In this document: piece by piece, positions 53,480-62,108 of the stretch
How the letters are laid out: every line of letters starts with the position of its first letter
How positions within the stretch are numbered: the stretch's first letter is position 1
Origin: an uncultured Clostridia bacterium
Lineage (GTDB): Bacteria; Bacillota; Clostridia; Christensenellales; CAG-314
DNA: 64,000 nt
Reading direction: 5' to 3'
Assembly: GCA_947629985.1 (NCBI GenBank)
Contig: CANRFV010000006.1
Location: 29,119-93,118 of the forward strand
Made by a program: the position numbers and the translations under genes
The notes under the pieces: generated by a model
The model's database searches: none
Told to the model about the DNA's origin: nothing
What the model saw: only the letters and a program-made list of their open reading frames with translations

Positions 53480-54241
53480 GTGAAAAAGCACTTTTTTGCG
53501 CGCCGCCGTACAAGTTGCAACGACGATCCTGTCGGTTGTCCCGATATGTATGCAAGTAGGGTAGGCGACGGTTACCCGATAGTTTATCTGCACGGTTGGG
53601 GGTGCGACGGCGGTATTTTTGCGCCCGTCGTAAAACTTTTGCCCGATTACGCCAATATTGTTTTCGATTTGAGCGGCTTCGGCAACAGTTCTCCGCCGCC
53701 TGCAAGCGGTTGGGGTGTAACCGACTACGCTCAGTGCCTGTATGCCGCGGTGCGTCGTTTGCAATTGCAACGTTTTACCATTGTGGCGCACAGTTTCGGT
53801 TGCCGCGTCGCAATGGTATTTGCCGCAACTTATCCGCAATATGTGGACGGAATGATTTTTGTAGCGCCTGCGGGGTTGCGCAAATTTTCCCTTACAAGGC
53901 AGTGCAAGGTGCTGTTGTACAAAGTACGCAAGCGTCTTGCCAAGGCGGGGTTGTGCCAACTGCGCGCCTGCGGCAGCGACGACTACCGCAATTGTACTCC
54001 CGCGCTTAAAAACACTTTCGTAAAGGTAATAAATCGCGACCTTTCGCGTTACGCGCGCAAAGTGCGCTGTCCCGTACTTATCGTAAACGGCGACGCCGAT
54101 ACGGCAACTCCCTTGCGGCATGCCGCGCGCTTGCGCCGCCTTATAAAAAACTGCGCCTTGGTGCAAATAAGCGGCGATCACTTTGCATTCTTTCGCACGC
54201 CCAACGCCTTTGCCCAAACAATACGTAACTTTGTGGAGTAG
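53480..54241 (+). CDS. alpha/beta-fold hydrolase
   Basis: IVYLHGWG, nucleophile elbow AHSFGC, NGDADT and GDHF motifs. Start is uncertain: GTG 53480 or ATG 53546, neither with a clear RBS. Confidence 0.7.
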   Translation: MKKHFFARRRTSCNDDPVGCPDMYASRVGDGYPIVYLHGWGCDGGIFAPVVKLLPDYANIVFDLSGFGNSSPPPASGWGVTDYAQCLYAAVRRLQLQRFTIVAHSFGCRVAMVFAATYPQYVDGMIFVAPAGLRKFSLTRQCKVLLYKVRKRLAKAGLCQLRACGSDDYRNCTPALKNTFVKVINRDLSRYARKVRCPVLIVNGDADTATPLRHAARLRRLIKNCALVQISGDHFAFFRTPNAFAQTIRNFVE

Positions 54242-54243
54242 TT

Positions 54244-55710
54244 ATGCCGATAGTCCTGTCGTTGATATGCGCGTTTGCGCTTACTGTAGCGGCGGCGGAA
54301 TGTGTGCGCGCGTTGCAAGGCGCGTCTTACCGTCCCAACCGCGGTTATGTCAAAATTTTTGTTACTTGGTACTACCTGTCGCTCGCGGTCGTGCAGGCGG
54401 CTTCGATATTTTTGCTCGATCTGCCGCAATATTACACCGCGCTGTTGTACGTTGCGCTTGCCGCATGTTGGACGGTCGTTTCCGCGCGGCGCAAATCTCC
54501 GCTTAAACTTACCAAGCGCGCGTTGCGCATATTTGCCGTGCAGTTTGTTTTGCTCGGTTTGCTGTGCGTATTTGTAGGTAACGGCTATTGGGTGTGGCTG
54601 TTGCCTGCGGTAACGCTTGCTTCTTGGGCGGTGTGTTTGCCTGCGGACTGCGCAATTACCCGTTATTACATCAACAAAGCCCGCCGCAAACTTGCCGATA
54701 GCCGCGCTTGCATAATTGCTATTACGGGCAGTTACGGCAAAACTACGGTAAAAGATATGCTCAACGCTCTGTTGGACGGCAGTATTGCGCCGTCGGGCAG
54801 TTGCAACACGCCCGCAGGTATTGCCAAATTTGTCAACGGCACGGATATCTCCGCCGCAAAGTACGTCATTTTGGAGTTCGGCGCGCGCCAAAAGGGAGAT
54901 ATCAAGCAACTTTGCAAATTGTTTTCGCCGTCCTACGGCATTGTAACGGGAGTGTGCGCACAGCATTTGTCCACATTCGGGTCGCTTAACGGCGTAATTG
55001 CCGCCAAGCGCGAACTGCCAGAGTGCCTGCCCGAAAGCGGTTGGTGCATACTAAACGCCGCCGACGGCATTGCAATGCAGTACGTCAACGCGGGCAAATG
55101 CGCCAAGTATCCGTCCGATACGTCGCTGTCCGTTACCGCGGCAAATGTCGGCTACGACGGCACAACGCTCGACGTGCGTGTAAACGGCGCAAGTTACGCC
55201 GTAAAGTTGCCGCAAATTGCCGACTATGCGGCGGACGCTTTTGCAATGTGCATGCAAGCGACGTTGCTACTCAAACAAGACGTTGTCGTAACGTTGGCAA
55301 ATGCCGCGCGCGTCAAGCAAACTCCGCACCGTATGCAAATTTACCCCGCGGGCGACATATATATTGTGGACGACGGCTACAACGCAAGCATAACGGGCGT
55401 AAAAAGTTGTTGTCGCACTTTGCAAAAATTTACCTGCGCCAAGGCGGTAATTACGCAGGGCTTGGTAGAGTGCGGCAAACAGCGCCGCCAACTCAACGTG
55501 CAGTGCGGCAAACTGCTCGGGCAGACGTGCGACGTAGCGGTGGTCGTGGGGCGCAATACGCGTTTTATCGCGGAAGGGCTTATCGACACCGATTGTAAAA
55601 TACTTTTTGCCAAAGATCTGTCCCAAGCGGTGCAAAAAGCGCGTCCGTACGTTGCGGGCGGCGGAATATTGCTTTTTCAAAACGATCTGCCCGATTCGGT
55701 CGCGCTGTAA
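54244..55710 (+). CDS. murF: MurF-type Mur ligase with a four-helix membrane N-terminus replacing the usual N-terminal domain
   Basis: About 150 hydrophobic N-terminal residues, then ITGSYGKTT P-loop and Mur-ligase middle and C-terminal domains (DDGYNAS). It lies 225 nt upstream of ddl. Confidence 0.7.
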   Translation: MPIVLSLICAFALTVAAAECVRALQGASYRPNRGYVKIFVTWYYLSLAVVQAASIFLLDLPQYYTALLYVALAACWTVVSARRKSPLKLTKRALRIFAVQFVLLGLLCVFVGNGYWVWLLPAVTLASWAVCLPADCAITRYYINKARRKLADSRACIIAITGSYGKTTVKDMLNALLDGSIAPSGSCNTPAGIAKFVNGTDISAAKYVILEFGARQKGDIKQLCKLFSPSYGIVTGVCAQHLSTFGSLNGVIAAKRELPECLPESGWCILNAADGIAMQYVNAGKCAKYPSDTSLSVTAANVGYDGTTLDVRVNGASYAVKLPQIADYAADAFAMCMQATLLLKQDVVVTLANAARVKQTPHRMQIYPAGDIYIVDDGYNASITGVKSCCRTLQKFTCAKAVITQGLVECGKQRRQLNVQCGKLLGQTCDVAVVVGRNTRFIAEGLIDTDCKILFAKDLSQAVQKARPYVAGGGILLFQNDLPDSVAL

Positions 55711-55935
55711 TCTGACCGCGCGGCAATGCGTTGCGGCGTGCCTATGTGCGCTCGGCGCCGTAAATTTTACCTTGCGCGGGCGGTTGTCGCAGGCTCTGCA
55801 CGTGTGTTCTGCACGTCGGCGCGGCAACATTACGCGCGCAATCACAATATTTGCAAAAACCAAAAAATATTGACACTTGCGCCTAAAAGCCTTGCAAAAA
55901 CGCGCGCATTATTTGAAAAAACAGGAGCGATATAA

Positions 55936-57021
55936 ATGAATGTAATGATAGTTTACGGCGGCAAAAGTTGCGAACACGACATTTCCGTAATAACTGCGTG
56001 CTTGGCAAAGGGATATTTCAAACAAAATTTGTACAGCGTGTACATCGACAAAACCAACCGCGCCTATTTTGTCGGCAACGATTGGACTCCGCGCAGTCAT
56101 TTGTTCAAAAAATTGACTACGTCCGTTTGTTTTTTGTCGGGCGAAGGCGCCATCGCGTTGGTAAGGGGCAAGCGCATACTTAAAAAAGTGCCCATCGACG
56201 TAGCCGTAAATTGCTGCCACGGCGTAAACGGCGAAGACGGCTGTATTGCCGCAATGTGCCAAATGGCGGGCATTGCGCTTGTCGGCTCGGACATTGCGTC
56301 AAGCGCTGTGGCAATGGACAAAATACTTACCAAACGTATGTTGCGCGCGCTTGATATGCCCGTTTTGCCGGGCGTGGCGGTGTGCGCAAGCGACATTGAC
56401 GACCTTGACGCGCATATATCGCAATTGCAATATCCCGTTATTGTCAAGCCTTCGCGGCTGGGTTCGAGTATAGGCGTATGCAAATGCAACAACTCTGCCG
56501 AGTTGTCCGCGGCGGTGGGCGCGGCGCTGAAATACGACGTAAAAGCGCTTTGCGAGCAGGCTTTGACGGATTTTACCGAACTCAATTGCGCCGCAATGCG
56601 GGTTGCGGGCACGGTTCGCGTAAGCAAAGTGGACGTTCCCGTAACCGTACACGACATTTTGACCTTTGCGGACAAGTATCAAAGCGTAGACGCCTTTTTG
56701 CCCAAACCCCCGCAAATATCTGCGGAATTGACGGCAAACGTACAAACGCTTACCCGCAATATTTACGAAAATATGGGGTTCGGCGGGGTAATAAGAGTGG
56801 ATTATCTGGTGGACAATACAACGGGTAAATTGTACGTAAACGAAATAAATACCACGCCCGGTTCGTTGGCATACGGTCTGTGGGAAGGCGAGTTTTCGCG
56901 CACGCAGTACGGCGAAGCGTTGACGGATCAGGCCATCGCCGACTACCGCGAGATCCAACAGCGCGTTTTCGTGTACGAATCCGGCGTACTAAACGGTTCG
57001 GGCGGGGTAAAAAAGAAATAA
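55936..57021 (+). CDS. ddl: D-alanine--D-alanine ligase
   Basis: MNVMIVYGGKSCEHDISV; ATP-grasp with VIVKPSRLGSSIGV and EINTTPGS. Confidence 0.93.
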   Translation: MNVMIVYGGKSCEHDISVITACLAKGYFKQNLYSVYIDKTNRAYFVGNDWTPRSHLFKKLTTSVCFLSGEGAIALVRGKRILKKVPIDVAVNCCHGVNGEDGCIAAMCQMAGIALVGSDIASSAVAMDKILTKRMLRALDMPVLPGVAVCASDIDDLDAHISQLQYPVIVKPSRLGSSIGVCKCNNSAELSAAVGAALKYDVKALCEQALTDFTELNCAAMRVAGTVRVSKVDVPVTVHDILTFADKYQSVDAFLPKPPQISAELTANVQTLTRNIYENMGFGGVIRVDYLVDNTTGKLYVNEINTTPGSLAYGLWEGEFSRTQYGEALTDQAIADYREIQQRVFVYESGVLNGSGGVKKK

Positions 57022-57023
57022 AA

Positions 57024-57215
57024 TTATGCGCGGATATATTTGTGTTCCGCCAGGTATATGTTTGCAAGCGTTACCACGGTTTGTTTAAGCAAGTCCGCGT
57101 AGGCATAGCGTGCGGCGTCGAAAAAGTCGCACGCTTTTACGCTATGCGCGCTTTCGGCGGTAAGTTTGCGGTAAATATTGTCTAAATCGAATTCGTCGGA
57201 ACAATCGTATTTCAT
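57024..57215 (-). CDS. hypothetical small protein (63 aa)
   Basis: ATG 57215 behind GGGAGAG. Balanced, helix-prone composition. Convergent with ddl and divergent from the WYL regulator gene. No family recognised. Confidence 0.35.
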   Translation of the reverse strand: MKYDCSDEFDLDNIYRKLTAESAHSVKACDFFDAARYAYADLLKQTVVTLANIYLAEHKYIRA

Positions 57216-57266
57216 TTCGGCGCTCTCCCGTGTGTTATTTATACATCTATTTTACAACAATAAATA

Positions 57267-57336
57267 TGACAAATATTTGTCAGTTTTTATTATTTTTTTA
57301 TCAAAATTTTATCTAAAACTTGACAAGAAATTGTCA
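57267..57336. promoter_or_regulatory. two operator-like palindromes TGACAA-N4-TTGTCA
   Basis: TGACAAATATTTGTCA (57267-57282) is a perfect 16-bp palindrome. TGACAAGAAATTGTCA (57321-57336) has perfect 6-bp arms. Centres are 54 bp apart. Confidence 0.7.
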
Positions 57337-57348
57337 GTGTTTTACAAT
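57320..57348 (+). promoter_or_regulatory. consensus-like sigma-A promoter overlapped by the second palindrome
   Basis: TTGACA, 17-nt spacer, TACAAT. About 145 nt upstream of the WYL regulator start. Confidence 0.65.
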
Positions 57349-57493
57349 CGTGTTGTAAGTTGCAAGCGGTGTGCAAAAATTAACTTGTGTGGCCGAGGCT
57401 GTGCGGCGCAACCCAATGTGTCTTTGTGCGCCTACGGGCAGTTCCGTTAAATTGTACCCTTGCAAGCGGCAATAAATACAGGGAGATAAACTT

Positions 57494-58411
57494 ATGCAAA
57501 TACCCGTTTTGGTGGGAATGTTGTCCACATTGTTGGCGTCGGACGGCGTTGTGCGCGCCGAAGATCTGGCGCAAAAGTTCGAAATAAGCACGCGTTCGGT
57601 GTATCGCTATATGGCAATGCTGTCGGAAGGCGGCGTGCCTATCGAATCGTGTTTGGGGCGCGGCGGCGGTTGGCGAATAATCGAAAATTACAAACTAAAA
57701 GCCACCTATTTTACGCGCGAAGAATACGAACGCCTGATTTTTTGTCTGCAAAGTTTTACCTTGCAGGACGACGTAACGCGCCAAGCCACGCAAAAATTGC
57801 AAGGATTAAACCGTTCGCACTCCAACGCAACCCTGCTCAAAAGCGAGCAGTTTATTGTGGACAGCGACGGCAGCGTGTTGGGCAGTCTTATCAACACATT
57901 GTCCGACTGCATAGTGCAAAAAAAATTGTGCAATATCGAATACCACTCCAAACAGGGCGTAGATACGGTGCGCGTGGTGGAGCCGTATTGTCTTATATTA
58001 AAGGACGGCGCCTGGTACGTGTATTGTTTTTGCCGTCTGCGCCGCGATTTCAGATATTTCAAGGTGTCGCGCATAGTGCGATTGGACGTAGGCGACAAAT
58101 TTACAGGCAGGCAGTTCCATGCCGACAGTAGCGTAATCCAAACCGACGTGTTGAAGGGCAAGGAAATGTGCGAAGTAATACTAAGCGTGGAAAGCAGCGC
58201 TCTTTCTGCCTGCGAAGAGTGGTTGGGCGTAAATTGCGTTGCCAAAATGGGCGAAAATTACATTGCCAAAGCCACCTTGCCCTACGACGAAATGCTTGTA
58301 AACCGTATTCTCTCGTTGGGCGAAGGCGTGCATGTGGAAAAGCCCGAACGTCTGCGCCTTGCCTTGGTACAGCGTTGCAACAATATTGCGCTTGTCAACA
58401 GCGTGGAGTAA
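57494..58411 (+). CDS. YafY-family transcriptional regulator (HTH, WYL and C-terminal extension domains)
   Basis: HTH LAQKFEISTRSVYRYMAMLSEGGVPI. WYL-type core VRVVEPYCLILKDGAWYVYCFCRLRRDFRYFKVSRI. Confidence 0.85.
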   Translation: MQIPVLVGMLSTLLASDGVVRAEDLAQKFEISTRSVYRYMAMLSEGGVPIESCLGRGGGWRIIENYKLKATYFTREEYERLIFCLQSFTLQDDVTRQATQKLQGLNRSHSNATLLKSEQFIVDSDGSVLGSLINTLSDCIVQKKLCNIEYHSKQGVDTVRVVEPYCLILKDGAWYVYCFCRLRRDFRYFKVSRIVRLDVGDKFTGRQFHADSSVIQTDVLKGKEMCEVILSVESSALSACEEWLGVNCVAKMGENYIAKATLPYDEMLVNRILSLGEGVHVEKPERLRLALVQRCNNIALVNSVE

Positions 58412-58467
58412 ACATTACGCGCAACACGGTAGGGTAACGTTGCGGCACGGTGGCGCGCTGCGGCATT

Positions 58468-59532
58468 TTAATGTGCCGTAGGCGACGTTGCGCGCTTGCG
58501 CCGTGAGTTTGCGGCGGCGTTTTTTATTTCAGCAAGCACCTTGTCCGTGCCGAAGATGTCCGCTTGGGCTTTTTGTTTGGCTGTTATTACCGCGCGGTTT
58601 AGGTAAGCCGCGTTTACGGCGTGCGCCAGTCCGTCGTCAAGCCGATCTTCCGCAAGAGTAAGTCCGCACCCGCGCGACTCGAACCGGCGCGCGTTGTTTA
58701 CCTGTTCGCCGCGCGAGCATTTGGTAAGCGGCACCGCAACAAAGGGCAACTGCGCAAGCGTAAGTTCCGCCAGACTGTTTGCTCCGCCCCGCGTTACGCA
58801 CACGGAAGCGGCGGCATATACGTCGTAAATTTGCCGCACAAATTCCGCCTGATGTACAAAATCGCAGTCGATTTGCTTGTTTTTTCCCGTAATTACAAAA
58901 ATATCGAATTTGTCCGCCAAGCGGCGGTTGTTTGCAACGGCATTGTTAAGCGCCTGCGCACCCAAACTTCCGCCCATAACCAGCAATATCGGTTTTTTGC
59001 CGTCAAATCCCGTAATTTGTATTCCGTTTTGTCTGTTTCCGTGCAAAATTTCGTCCCGCACGATAACGCCGACGGTTTTGCCGTTCTTTGCGCAATCGAA
59101 CGCCGTCAAAAATTCGTCGGCAAATTTGCTGCAAATTTTGTTTGCCAAGCCCACCGACATATCGCTTTCGTGTATTACGGTGGGAATATGCAACATTTTA
59201 CCCGCAATTACCGTAGGCAAACCGACGTAGCCGCCCTTGCTGAATATAACGTCGGGTCGTATGCGCTTTAAGTGCGATTTCGCCTGTATAACGCTGCGCG
59301 CCAAAACAAACGGCAAGGCAAGGTTTTTCAACGTAAATTTGCGTTGCAATTTGTCGGCGCGGATAGTGCAATATTCGCGCACTTTGCCGCACTCGACGTA
59401 GTTTGTAAGCAAATCTTTTTCCATACCGTCGGTGCCGATGTAGTAAACTTCGTCATTAGGGCACTTGTCTATCAATGCCAGGTTGGGGGTAACGTGTCCG
59501 GCGGTACCGCCGCCGCTGAAAACTATTTTCAT
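58468..59532 (-). CDS. murG: undecaprenyldiphospho-muramoylpentapeptide beta-N-acetylglucosaminyltransferase
   Basis: MKIVFSGGGTAGHVTPNLAL; C-terminal GGSLGA...RGGANSLAE motifs. Confidence 0.93.
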   Translation of the reverse strand: MKIVFSGGGTAGHVTPNLALIDKCPNDEVYYIGTDGMEKDLLTNYVECGKVREYCTIRADKLQRKFTLKNLALPFVLARSVIQAKSHLKRIRPDVIFSKGGYVGLPTVIAGKMLHIPTVIHESDMSVGLANKICSKFADEFLTAFDCAKNGKTVGVIVRDEILHGNRQNGIQITGFDGKKPILLVMGGSLGAQALNNAVANNRRLADKFDIFVITGKNKQIDCDFVHQAEFVRQIYDVYAAASVCVTRGGANSLAELTLAQLPFVAVPLTKCSRGEQVNNARRFESRGCGLTLAEDRLDDGLAHAVNAAYLNRAVITAKQKAQADIFGTDKVLAEIKNAAANSRRKRATSPTAH

Positions 59533-59605
59533 ACGTATAGTTTATGCACAATCGGGTTTGGATATTATTCAAGCGGTTGCGGTGAGGCGCGCAGTGCGCA
59601 CGGTA

Positions 59606-59634
59606 TTGACAATCGGCGCGTTATGTCGTACAAT
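59606..59634 (+). promoter_or_regulatory. consensus-like sigma-A promoter of the hydrolase-nagB unit
   Basis: TTGACA, 17-nt spacer, TACAAT. It covers the in-frame ATG 59623, which argues for the GTG 59659 start. Confidence 0.65.
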
Positions 59635-59658
59635 TTTATAAAAAACGGAGTTATCAAA

Positions 59659-60564
59659 GTGAAAATATCCAAGTTTACATCTCACGACGGACGTCAAATT
59701 GCGCTGTACGTATGGGACGAAACGGCGCACCCCAAAGCGGTGGTAAAAATCGCCCACGGTATGGCGGAACATTCCGCGCGGTACGACGACTTTGCGCGCA
59801 GACTCAACGCCGAAGGCTACATTGTGGTAATGAACGATCACCGCGGGCACGGACAAACCGCCGAAAAAAACAGTCTCGGTTACGAAGAAGGCGATATGTG
59901 GGGCAACAACGTCAACGATCAACTTGCGGTTTTGCAATATTGCGCAAATCAATACCGCCTGCCCGTGTTTATGATGGGGCACAGTTACGGCAGTTTTATT
60001 ACGCAAGCGGTAATAGAGCGCAATCCCGACGTGCGCGGTTACGTCGTGTGCGGTTCCGACTACATCAAGGGCGTAAGTTACAAACTGTGCGGAGTGATCT
60101 CGCGCTATATGTGCAAGCACAAGGGCGGCAGATACCCGGCGCAACTTATTGCCAATCTGTCTTTCGGCGCGTACGAAAAGAAATTCGGCGCGCACAACGC
60201 CTGGCTCAATCGCGACCAAGCCGCGGTAAAAGTCTACAGCGACGATCCGCAGTGCGGATTTACCTGTTCTGCCAATTTTTATCGCACATTTATGGCAGGA
60301 ATAGCGCATTTATATTCGCGTAAAAGTTATTCCGCAATCAATGCCGATACGCCTTTGCTGCTTATTGCGGGCAGCGACGACCCCGTAGGCAAATGCGGCA
60401 AGGGTATGCGCAAACTAAACAAATTTTACACGCGCAAAGCGGGCGTGCGCGACGTTACGTTGAAACTGTACGACGGCGCTCGGCACGAAATACTCAACGA
60501 AACTTGCAAGGATCAGGTGTACGACGACGTAGTAAATTGGCTCAACGCCAAATTGTCCCATTGA
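59659..60564 (+). CDS. alpha/beta hydrolase, lysophospholipase/monoacylglycerol-lipase-like
   Basis: HGMAEHSARY, DHRGHG, nucleophile elbow GHSYGS, GSDDPV and ARHEILNE motifs. GTG start behind ACGGAG. Confidence 0.8.
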   Translation: MKISKFTSHDGRQIALYVWDETAHPKAVVKIAHGMAEHSARYDDFARRLNAEGYIVVMNDHRGHGQTAEKNSLGYEEGDMWGNNVNDQLAVLQYCANQYRLPVFMMGHSYGSFITQAVIERNPDVRGYVVCGSDYIKGVSYKLCGVISRYMCKHKGGRYPAQLIANLSFGAYEKKFGAHNAWLNRDQAAVKVYSDDPQCGFTCSANFYRTFMAGIAHLYSRKSYSAINADTPLLLIAGSDDPVGKCGKGMRKLNKFYTRKAGVRDVTLKLYDGARHEILNETCKDQVYDDVVNWLNAKLSH

Positions 60565-60582
60565 CAATCGAGAGTTTTACTT

Positions 60583-61308
60583 ATGAAAATAACGGTAGTA
60601 CAAAATTATGCGGAACTTAGCGCAGCGGCGGCGGAGTATATTGCCGCCGTTGTTGCCGATCGTCCCAACGCCACGCTGGGGCTTGCCACGGGCAATTCTC
60701 CGTTGGGTTGCTACAAATTGTTGTGCGAATATTGCGCGCACGGAGACATTTCGTTTGCGCATGTTACAACGCTCAATCTGGACGAATACGTCGGACTTAC
60801 CGCCGATAACGCCGACAGTTACGCCTACTTTATGCGCAAAAATTTGTTCGACAACATCGATATCGACCCGCGCAATACCCACATTCCCAACGGAGTTGCG
60901 CCGTCTTTGCAACAAGAGTGCGCGCGTTACGCTCGCCTTGTCGGCGCATTGCCGCGCGCCGTCCAACTGTTGGGCATAGGAGTAAACGGACATATCGGCT
61001 TTAACGAACCGGGCACACCGCTAAACAGTGTTACTCACGCGGTGCAATTGTCTTACGATACGATTTGCGCCAATGCCGCACATTTCGGCGGTAGTGCAAC
61101 ACGCGTTCCGACGCGCGCGATAACTATGGGTATCGGCGAAATTATGTCCGCCGAGCGCATACTGCTGATTGCAAGCGGCGGTGCAAAGGCGCAAGCGGTA
61201 AAAGACGCTGTAAGGGGAGATATTTCGCCGCTGTGTCCCGCAAGCGTACTGCAAACGCACGCGGATTGTACGTTTATTGTGGACGAGCAGGCGGCAAGTT
61301 TGTTGTGA
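60583..61308 (+). CDS. nagB: glucosamine-6-phosphate deaminase
   Basis: GLATGNSPLG, NLDEYVGL and GIGVNGHIGFNEPG motifs. Confidence 0.93.
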   Translation: MKITVVQNYAELSAAAAEYIAAVVADRPNATLGLATGNSPLGCYKLLCEYCAHGDISFAHVTTLNLDEYVGLTADNADSYAYFMRKNLFDNIDIDPRNTHIPNGVAPSLQQECARYARLVGALPRAVQLLGIGVNGHIGFNEPGTPLNSVTHAVQLSYDTICANAAHFGGSATRVPTRAITMGIGEIMSAERILLIASGGAKAQAVKDAVRGDISPLCPASVLQTHADCTFIVDEQAASLL

Positions 61309-61320
61309 TGAGTAGGCTTA

Positions 61321-61800
61321 TTGCTCCGCGTTTGCGTAGGCTCGGCGCAACGTTTCTGTTCGGTTATCGTTCGGGTACTATTCGCCGTTAGTTTCTGTTG
61401 CACGGTCGCGGCTTGGTGTCGTTTATTCCGTTCTGTCGCCGTCTTACCATCATTTGGTTATTGTTTTGTTGTCGATTTGTTACTATACAGTCGTAATTCG
61501 TGTTGTTCATTGCCGCTCTGTTTCTATTTGGCATAATAGTTCGTGAAGTTCGTTTCCGCGCGTGTGCTATTTTGTCTTAGTTTGAGCCGCTCGGTTGCCG
61601 CTTGGTTGCGATTCGATTGTGGTTCGCGTCGCTTTGTCGCTATTCTGTCGTAGTTCGTGTCTCTTGGTGTCGTTTGGTGGCGGCTCTGTCGCGTTCACTC
61701 ATCGCATGTTCATTGTTTCGTTGTCGTTCGGTTGCGGTTTGCGTGCTATTCGGTCATAGTTTGTTTTACTTGGTTGCGCTTTTTATGTCGGGCAGTTCTT
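61321..61800 (+). repeat. A-depleted, T/G-rich non-coding tract with six same-orientation degenerate repeats
   Basis: Manual count gives 45 A in 480 nt on the + strand. Cores CTATTCNGTCNTAGTTYGTG start at 61378, 61483, 61524, 61567, 61640 and 61746. Four cores are followed by CTTGGTKKCG at an offset of +34 or +23 nt. Confidence 0.8.
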
Positions 61801-61940
61801 TTTGCGAAAAAAATGTGCATAATTATACATTCGCAATGTATAAAAATACATTTTTTAAGTATTTATGCAAAATATTCTATTTCAACAAATATTTTATTAA
61901 AACTTCTCACAATTTAATGAATAAATATTAAAATTATCTC

Positions 61941-61969
61941 TTGCATATTGTGCGCCGTTGTGATATAAT
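61941..61969 (+). promoter_or_regulatory. sigma-A-type promoter of the topoisomerase gene
   Basis: TTGCAT, 17-nt spacer, TATAAT, at the end of an AT-rich block. The leader is about 135 nt. Confidence 0.6.
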
Positions 61970-62108
61970 AATTGTTGGGACGGCGAATATTTATGCATTG
62001 CGCCCGTATTTGCAGCGGGGCAAGCGCGGCATTTATTCGTCGGCGCCGCCGAACGTTTTCGGCTGTGCGTCTGCGTCTCGCAAGGAAAAAATCTTGGAGG
62101 AAATACAA

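Noticed and set aside
61321-61931. Plus-strand ORFs 61321-61536, 61602-61931 and 61657-61917 inside the A-depleted tract
   Set aside because: Stop codons all contain A, so an A-poor strand yields long open frames by chance. The translations are Cys/Val/Phe/Leu/Arg strings. There are no RBSs and three frames overlap.
61300-62108. Chromosomal origin (oriC) next to a gyrB-like gene
   Set aside because: I see no cluster of DnaA boxes (TTATCCACA/TGTGGATAA) and no dnaA, dnaN or recF neighbours. The only close box-like word I noticed (CGTGGATAA, near 33481) is elsewhere and single. The repeat array is reported as an unexplained feature instead, not as oriC.
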